Below the pieces are notes generated by a model. It searched no databases and was not told the origin of the DNA. It saw only the letters and a list, made by a program, of their open reading frames with translations. DNA of 29,501 bases from the IMG/VR virus record IMGVR_UViG_3300011437_000308, positions 1-29,501 of that record. One strand, 5' to 3'. Positions within the stretch are counted from its first letter, which is position 1, and each line of letters starts with the position of its first letter. The stretch is from a virus. Its lineage: Duplodnaviria > Caudoviricetes. The position numbers were made by a program, and so were the translations under genes. Positions 24,071 to 29,501 of this stretch are shown here, in pieces.

Positions 24071-24187
24071 ATGGGAAAGTCTAGTGGAACACTTTACGCC
24101 ATTGCCGCTCTGGCGGCCGTCCTGGGGGTGAGTACGGACTCCCTCCTGGCTATGGATGCCCGCGAAGCTGAGGAGGATGCGGCATGA
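24071..24187 (+). CDS. 38-aa peptide resembling the C-terminal half of an XRE HTH
   Basis: AAGGAGG RBS; MGKSSGTLYAIAALAAVLGVSTDSLL. Confidence 0.55.
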   Translation: MGKSSGTLYAIAALAAVLGVSTDSLLAMDAREAEEDAA

Positions 24188-24417
24188 GTGACGATGGCCG
24201 CTACGCTCTCGTCTGCCATGCGAGCTATAGCGATGAGTCGGGCTCCTGTGGGCATATGGTGTCACTGGTGGATGCCACGGGCGCCCGCATGGCACAGACG
24301 TTTGTCTTTCGCCATCCATATGGCACGGATCACGAAACCTTTGCGCGTGATCTTGCTGCGAGCCTGTATCCATCCGCCCCGTTGCGCTGGGATGATTGTT
24401 GTGTGTATGATGAGTGA
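24184..24417 (+). CDS. Hypothetical protein
   Basis: 77 aa; ATGA coupling, GGAGG RBS. Confidence 0.55.
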   Translation: MSDDGRYALVCHASYSDESGSCGHMVSLVDATGARMAQTFVFRHPYGTDHETFARDLAASLYPSAPLRWDDCCVYDE

Positions 24418-24579
24418 CTGCCGCCGCGTCACGTCGGTCGAGGCATCCAGCACCCTCGCTGGGCGGGAATGTGAGGGCCTGCCCGAACTGGACGCCCGGC
24501 TACGCCGTAGGCGCTGCGACTGCCCCTGCCTCGCACAGCAGGCGCCCGAGGCCCTCTGAGGCCTGCGTAGCATGATCGC

Positions 24580-24608
24580 TTGACATCCCCGCTGGAACCG
24601 CCTACCCT
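24580..24608 (+). promoter_or_regulatory. Putative late promoter
   Basis: TTGACA-17-TACCCT upstream of terS. Confidence 0.6.
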
Positions 24609-24733
24609 CTCCCCAAGCGCATTTTTCCCCTGGTGGGAGAGATGCGCGTTGTTGTGTGGCATGCCGGGCTGAAAAAGTGCGCTGCGTTCCCTGGTGTCGC
24701 TGGCGGGCATCAGGGAGCAGGATGCAGGAGTCT

Positions 24734-25150
24734 ATGACTGCCGGCCACCTCTTCTCTACGATTATTCACCCCAAAAAGCGTGCGGTCCTTGCGGCGTATG
24801 CGACGAGCGGTCGCCTCGTCCATGCCTGCAAAAGTGCCAAGACCGATGCCTTTATGCACTACTACTGGATGCGCACCGACCCTGCCTATGCGACGGCGTT
24901 TGCGGAAGCGCAAGAGGTGGTGGCGAATCTCCTGGAAGAGGAAGCGATCCGCCGGGCCACCAAAATGCAGCATGCCAGTGATGTGCTCCTCATCTTTCTT
25001 CTCAAAGGCGCGAAGCCCCAGAAGTACCGTGATAATGTGCACGTGCAGCAGGAAATAAGCGGCGAAGTCACCTTGACCTGGAGTGATCGTCTTAGCCGCG
25101 CCCATCTCGCGTTAGAGGAGCGCCGGAATGGCCACGCTCTGCCTGCCTGA
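24734..25150 (+). CDS. terS: Terminase small subunit
   Basis: HYYWMRTDPAYATAFAEA...LEEEAIRRA...SDVLLIFLLKGAKPQKYRD; overlaps terL. Confidence 0.85.
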   Translation: MTAGHLFSTIIHPKKRAVLAAYATSGRLVHACKSAKTDAFMHYYWMRTDPAYATAFAEAQEVVANLLEEEAIRRATKMQHASDVLLIFLLKGAKPQKYRDNVHVQQEISGEVTLTWSDRLSRAHLALEERRNGHALPA

Positions 25151-26606
25151 TGCCGATCTCCTCGAATTCGCGGCTTCCTGCGTGGATGATCCGCTGCGCT
25201 TCGTCCTGGCGGCCTTCCCCTGGGGCGAACCGGGCACGCTCCTGGCGCAGGAGACCGGGCCGGATACCTGGCAGGTGGAGGTGCTCGAAGAGATGCGCGT
25301 GCATATCCAGACCTCGACCGTGGCCTTCCGCAAGGCGGTCGCCTCGGGCCATGGCGTGGGCAAGTCCGCCCTCACCTCGTGGATTATCCTGTGGTTTCTC
25401 GCCACCCATCCCCACCCGCAAGCCGTGGTGACCGCGAACACGGGCACGCAGCTTAATACCAAGACCTGGCGCGAGCTGGCGAAGTGGCTCCAGCTCAGCA
25501 TCTATGCCGAGACGTTTGCCTGGACGGCGACCAAGTGTTATCACCGGGAGCACCCGGCGACCTGGTTTGTGGCGGCCGTGCCGTGGCGGGCGGATCGCCC
25601 GGAAGCGTTTGCCGGGACGCACGAGAAACACGTGCTGGTGATCAAAGACGAAGCGAGCGCGATTGACGATATTATCTGGGAGAACGTGGAGGGCGCGATG
25701 ACGACCCCCAGCGCGTTCTGGCTCGCGTTTGCCAACCCCACCCGCAACAGTGGCCGCTTCAAGGAGTGTTTCCCTGGGGGCCGCTTTGCGCATCGCTGGA
25801 GTACCACGCAGGTCGATAGCCGCACGGCCAAGATGGCCGACCAGGCCCAGATTACGCAGTGGATCACGGACTATGGTGAGGATAGTGACTTTGTGCGTGT
25901 CCGCGTCAAGGGGGAGTTCCCCCGCCAGGCCGTGGGGCAGTTCATCAGTGAGGCGGATGTGGACGCGGCGACGAAGCGCGAGGCGGTCGATGACCCGTTG
26001 GCCCCGACCATCATTGGCGTGGATGTGGCGCGGTTTGGGGATGATCGCAGCGTCATTCTGGTGCGCCGCGGGGGGCAGATTCTGGAGTGTACCCTGTACC
26101 GCGAACTCGATACCGTGCGCCTCAGTGGCTTTGTGTGCGAAGCGGTCGAGCGCTACCGCAGTCACCAGCCGACGCTGTGTGTCGATGGTGTCGGCGTGGG
26201 CGCGGGCGTGGTCGATGTGTGCCGGGCGCGCAACTACCGCGTGGAAGAAGTGCTGAACGGCGGGACGCCCCAGGACCCGGTGCACTATGAGAATATTCGG
26301 GCCGCATCGTGGGCGGGCCTGCGCACCTGGGTGCAGACGCGGGCCAGTCTCGACGCACAGGCCCCCTACATGCAGGAACTCCGCGCGGACCTGCTCGGGC
26401 CGGAGTACGGGTACGATGCGCAGAATCGGTTGCAACTGGAGCGGAAAGCGCACATGAAGGCGCGCGGCCTGGCTAGTCCTGATTGTGGGGATGCCCTAGC
26501 GCTCACGTTTGCCGTGCCGGTGGCCCCCAAGGGGATGCCCGCCGCGCCCGTGCGCCCGCTGCCTTCGGTGGGGGCGGTGCCCCGTGGCCAGAGCTGGTTG
26601 GCGTAA
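25128..26606 (+). CDS. terL: Terminase large subunit
   Basis: Walker A ASGHGVGKS, Walker B LVIKDEAS, ANPTRNSG, nuclease GVDVARFGDD, VDGVGVGAGV, SPDCGDALAL. Confidence 0.95.
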   Translation: MATLCLPDADLLEFAASCVDDPLRFVLAAFPWGEPGTLLAQETGPDTWQVEVLEEMRVHIQTSTVAFRKAVASGHGVGKSALTSWIILWFLATHPHPQAVVTANTGTQLNTKTWRELAKWLQLSIYAETFAWTATKCYHREHPATWFVAAVPWRADRPEAFAGTHEKHVLVIKDEASAIDDIIWENVEGAMTTPSAFWLAFANPTRNSGRFKECFPGGRFAHRWSTTQVDSRTAKMADQAQITQWITDYGEDSDFVRVRVKGEFPRQAVGQFISEADVDAATKREAVDDPLAPTIIGVDVARFGDDRSVILVRRGGQILECTLYRELDTVRLSGFVCEAVERYRSHQPTLCVDGVGVGAGVVDVCRARNYRVEEVLNGGTPQDPVHYENIRAASWAGLRTWVQTRASLDAQAPYMQELRADLLGPEYGYDAQNRLQLERKAHMKARGLASPDCGDALALTFAVPVAPKGMPAAPVRPLPSVGAVPRGQSWLA

Positions 26607-26618
26607 AGGAGAGCAACG

Positions 26619-26858
26619 ATGTCTGAGGAGAGGACCCCGTACACCGTGGCCACGTTGGCCTTCCCCGATACGCGCCTGACCAGTGAGCGGCTCTGGGTCA
26701 GTAGCGCGCTGTCGGTGCTGCGGGCACGCGAGCACGAGCATATGGGGCGGCATGAGTGGGGGCTGGCCATCCTGACCCGCGATACCATCGCGCTCTTGGC
26801 GCGCCTCGAAGCCACCTTGCGCTTACGGGAGGAGGAGGAGCATGCGTCTACAGATTGA
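26619..26858 (+). CDS. Hypothetical protein
   Basis: 79 aa; AAGGAG RBS. Confidence 0.6.
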   Translation: MSEERTPYTVATLAFPDTRLTSERLWVSSALSVLRAREHEHMGRHEWGLAILTRDTIALLARLEATLRLREEEEHASTD

Positions 26859-27012
26859 GCCCGCGTCCAGTTTTGAAGAACCGTTTCGCGTCTACCCCAC
26901 CAGCAGTGAGGTCATCGTGGTCTGCACCCAGGACGGCCATCGGTATACGCTGCGCTTTGATACGGCCGAGCAAGCGCTACTGACCGAGGCGCTAGGAGCC
27001 CTGAGTGGCTGA
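26842..27012 (+). CDS. Hypothetical protein (56 aa)
   Basis: Manual translation MRLQIEPASSFEEPFRVYPTSSEVIVVCTQDGHRYTLRFDTAEQALLTEALGALSG; GGAGG RBS; bridges to the portal gene. Confidence 0.55.
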   Translation: MRLQIEPASSFEEPFRVYPTSSEVIVVCTQDGHRYTLRFDTAEQALLTEALGALSG

Positions 27013-29113
27013 GTCTTTTGCCTTTGCGACCACGACCGCGCCCACGCAGGACCCCGACGCCGCGTCGGTGCAGTGGCCCTCGCAGGACGACGCGACCTTG
27101 CTCGCCACCGCGCAGACGCACTGGACGCAGGCGGAGCAGGCCGAAAGCGCCTGGCGGACGAAAGCGCGGAAAGACCAACAGTTCGAGGCGGGCGAACAGT
27201 GGCCGCCCGGCATTGTCGAGCAACGCGACCGGGACCGGCGCCCCTGCCTCACCATTGACCGGATGGGTACGCATTTGCGCCAGGTAGAGAACGAGGGGCG
27301 ACAGAGCCATCAAGGCATGGTGGTGAGTGCGGTGGACGATCAGGCGGACCCGGAGACGGCGAAGATCATGCGGGGGCAGATTCGGGACATTGAGCAGCAA
27401 AGTGGCGCCGACATGGCCTATACGTTTGCGCGGAAGAACGCCATCGGGCCGGGGCGGGGGTTTGTGCGGGTGCTGCCCGAATATATCGACCCGTTTAGTT
27501 TCAAGCAAGAGCTGCGCATTAAGCCGATTCGCAACCTGTTCAGTGTGTACCTGGACCCGGCGCACATCATGCCGGATGGCTCGGATACGAATTGGGCGTT
27601 CATTGTGAGTCGCATGGCGAAAGACGACTACGAGCGGACGTATCGGCGCTTGCCTGTCGAGGCCACGCATTGGGCGGCCGAAGGGGACACCTGGTTCAAC
27701 GGCAGCGAAGTGCAAGTGGCGGAATACTATTGGCGCGAGCAGCACCCGCTGGACATTGCCTTGCTTGAGGGGGGGCAGGTGTTCCCCGTGGATCGGGTGC
27801 CGGACGATCAGCGCGGCTTGATCGTGAAAACACGCACCACGCGCGTGCCCTATGTCTGGTGGGCCAAGATAAACGGCCATGAGGTGTTAGAGAAGACGCG
27901 CTGGCTCGGGCAGTATATTCCCATTGCGCAGTACGTGGGCGAAATCATGGACCAGGAAGGCGAAGTGGACTACCGGGGCATGACGCGCCGCTTGAAAGAC
28001 CCGCAACAGATGGCCAATTACTGGTTTACGGCCTTTACCGAGGGGGTGGCCCTCGCACCCAAGAACGCCTTTGTCGGCGCCTATGAACAGTTTCAGGGCT
28101 TTGAGGAGTACTGGAACGCCGCGAACACGAGTAACTATAGCTATCTGCCCTACAATCCAGCGCAAGTGGCGGGCACGGTCCTGCCCCCGCCGCAACGCTC
28201 CGCCGTGGAGCCTGCCGTGCAAGCCATGATGCAAGGCGTGGCCATGGCGGCCGACCACATCAACGCGATTAGCGGCTACCATGACCAGGTGCAGGACCAG
28301 GACCCCGCCATCAGTGGCGAGGCCATCAAGCGGCGCCAGCAGGGCACGAATAATGCGACGTATCATTTCCAGGATCACGAACGCTGGATGCTGCGCCATC
28401 TGGGCCGCATCATTGTCGATGCGATCCCGCACTACTACGATGAGGCGCAAACGATTCGCATTGTGGGCGACGATGAACAGGTGCGCCAGGTGCTCATCAA
28501 CCAACACCATGTGGACGAGGACGGCAAGGCGCAGCTCTACGACGTGACGGTGGGCCGCTACGATGTGCGCGTGGATGGTGGCCCCTCGTTTGCCACGAAG
28601 CGCCAGGACGCGGTGGATAAGCTGAGCCCGATCATGGGGAGTAGCGAGTGGTTGCAACATACCATCGGGGATATCTATTTCCGCTCGCTGGATGTGGACT
28701 TTGCCGAGCAAGCGGCGAATCGCCTCAAGAAGGCCATGCCGCCCGAGCTGCTGGCCGATGAGCCCGGTGCGGAGAAGTTTGCCAAGGCGCAGGAGCAAAT
28801 GCAGCTCGCCCAGAAAGCGCCCCTCCTGGAAGAGGAACTGAAGAAAGTCCAAGGCCAGATGATGCAGATGCAACAGAGCATGCAGAGTCTCACGATGGAC
28901 AACCAACAATTGCGGCTGGCGGTGCAGAATAAAGAGCGCGAACTGGCGCTCAAGCAGCAACTCGAAGAGCACAAGCTGGCGCTCCAGGCCCAGGAGCAGG
29001 CGCATGAGGCCCGCATGGCGGAGCTGGAGTTGCAGGTAGCGGAGTTCGAGGCGCGGACCGACCGGATGCAGGCCCTGCAGCCGCGGGCGACGAATGGCGC
29101 CCGCGAGGGCTAA
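27005..29113 (+). CDS. Portal protein, P22-like
   Basis: F.AGEQWP...RRPCLTIDR, GRGFVRV, VQVAEYYWRE, KDPQQMANYW, SGEAIKRRQQ, GRYDVRVDGGPSFATKRQ, C-terminal coiled-coil barrel. Confidence 0.93.
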   Translation: MAESFAFATTTAPTQDPDAASVQWPSQDDATLLATAQTHWTQAEQAESAWRTKARKDQQFEAGEQWPPGIVEQRDRDRRPCLTIDRMGTHLRQVENEGRQSHQGMVVSAVDDQADPETAKIMRGQIRDIEQQSGADMAYTFARKNAIGPGRGFVRVLPEYIDPFSFKQELRIKPIRNLFSVYLDPAHIMPDGSDTNWAFIVSRMAKDDYERTYRRLPVEATHWAAEGDTWFNGSEVQVAEYYWREQHPLDIALLEGGQVFPVDRVPDDQRGLIVKTRTTRVPYVWWAKINGHEVLEKTRWLGQYIPIAQYVGEIMDQEGEVDYRGMTRRLKDPQQMANYWFTAFTEGVALAPKNAFVGAYEQFQGFEEYWNAANTSNYSYLPYNPAQVAGTVLPPPQRSAVEPAVQAMMQGVAMAADHINAISGYHDQVQDQDPAISGEAIKRRQQGTNNATYHFQDHERWMLRHLGRIIVDAIPHYYDEAQTIRIVGDDEQVRQVLINQHHVDEDGKAQLYDVTVGRYDVRVDGGPSFATKRQDAVDKLSPIMGSSEWLQHTIGDIYFRSLDVDFAEQAANRLKKAMPPELLADEPGAEKFAKAQEQMQLAQKAPLLEEELKKVQGQMMQMQQSMQSLTMDNQQLRLAVQNKERELALKQQLEEHKLALQAQEQAHEARMAELELQVAEFEARTDRMQALQPRATNGAREG

Positions 29114-29125
29114 GCGAGGACCCCG

Positions 29126-29470
29126 ATGGAACTGACCCGGCGTGACGCCACGGATATTCCGGCAGGGCGCCGCCCCCTCGTGGAAGTGGATGTGCCCGAG
29201 GGCTTGCGCACGTTTCTGCTGACGTACTCCACCGTCGATTGGCCGGTGGTGGCCGCGGGGACCGTCACGTTTACCCTCTTTATCACGCGCGGCACCCGTG
29301 GCGAGCAGGCCGTGTGGAGCGATACGATTGCCTATGTACGGGCGACGAAGCGTCCGGCTATCCAGTCCCTGGGTGCGACGGTTGATGGCGGAGTCCCCGC
29401 TAATAGTAGTCTGCGGATGGAGATTGATGGCCCCGCCCTGCGGACGCCCCTGGTGCTGGAGGGGGACTGA
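29126..29470 (+). CDS. Hypothetical protein in the virion gene cluster
   Basis: 114 aa; GAGGA RBS; follows the portal gene. Confidence 0.6.
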   Translation: MELTRRDATDIPAGRRPLVEVDVPEGLRTFLLTYSTVDWPVVAAGTVTFTLFITRGTRGEQAVWSDTIAYVRATKRPAIQSLGATVDGGVPANSSLRMEIDGPALRTPLVLEGD

Positions 29471-29501
29471 TGGCGGCACGGGTTGGAACAGGGGTGACGG
29501 G

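Noticed and set aside
25092-29479. Long minus-strand ORFs (453, 322 and 530 aa)
   Set aside because: Antisense shadows of terL and portal in GC-rich DNA, with no recognisable motifs.

Overview
GC-rich window from a temperate tailed phage (or phage-derived element) that also carries a conjugation module. Right end: late genes with small and large terminase and a P22-like portal. Centre: lysogeny switch (cro, cI, tyrosine integrase, antirepressor-like gene), a PDZ lipoprotein, and a second leftward operon of small genes. That operon has a strong promoter/operator, a structured leader ending in a variant type III hammerhead ribozyme, and four copies of a conserved UNCG-type hairpin+RBS gene-junction motif. 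Left of the switch: a leftward early region with VRR-NUC, HNH, a replication initiator with internal iterons, a helicase loader-like gene, a ParB-MTase, a gene split by a 416-bp MITE, a DEDD exonuclease and RecT. This region runs, with overlapping stop/start codons, into a MOBQ (MobA/MobL) relaxase with an RSF1010-like oriT, a VirD4-type coupling protein, a TrbC/VirB2 pilin and TrbD/VirB3, which continues off the left edge. The main candidate novelty is a phage whose early region is fused to an oriT-relaxase-T4SS module (a possibly conjugative phage). All protein calls come from motif recognition by eye; no database searches were run.
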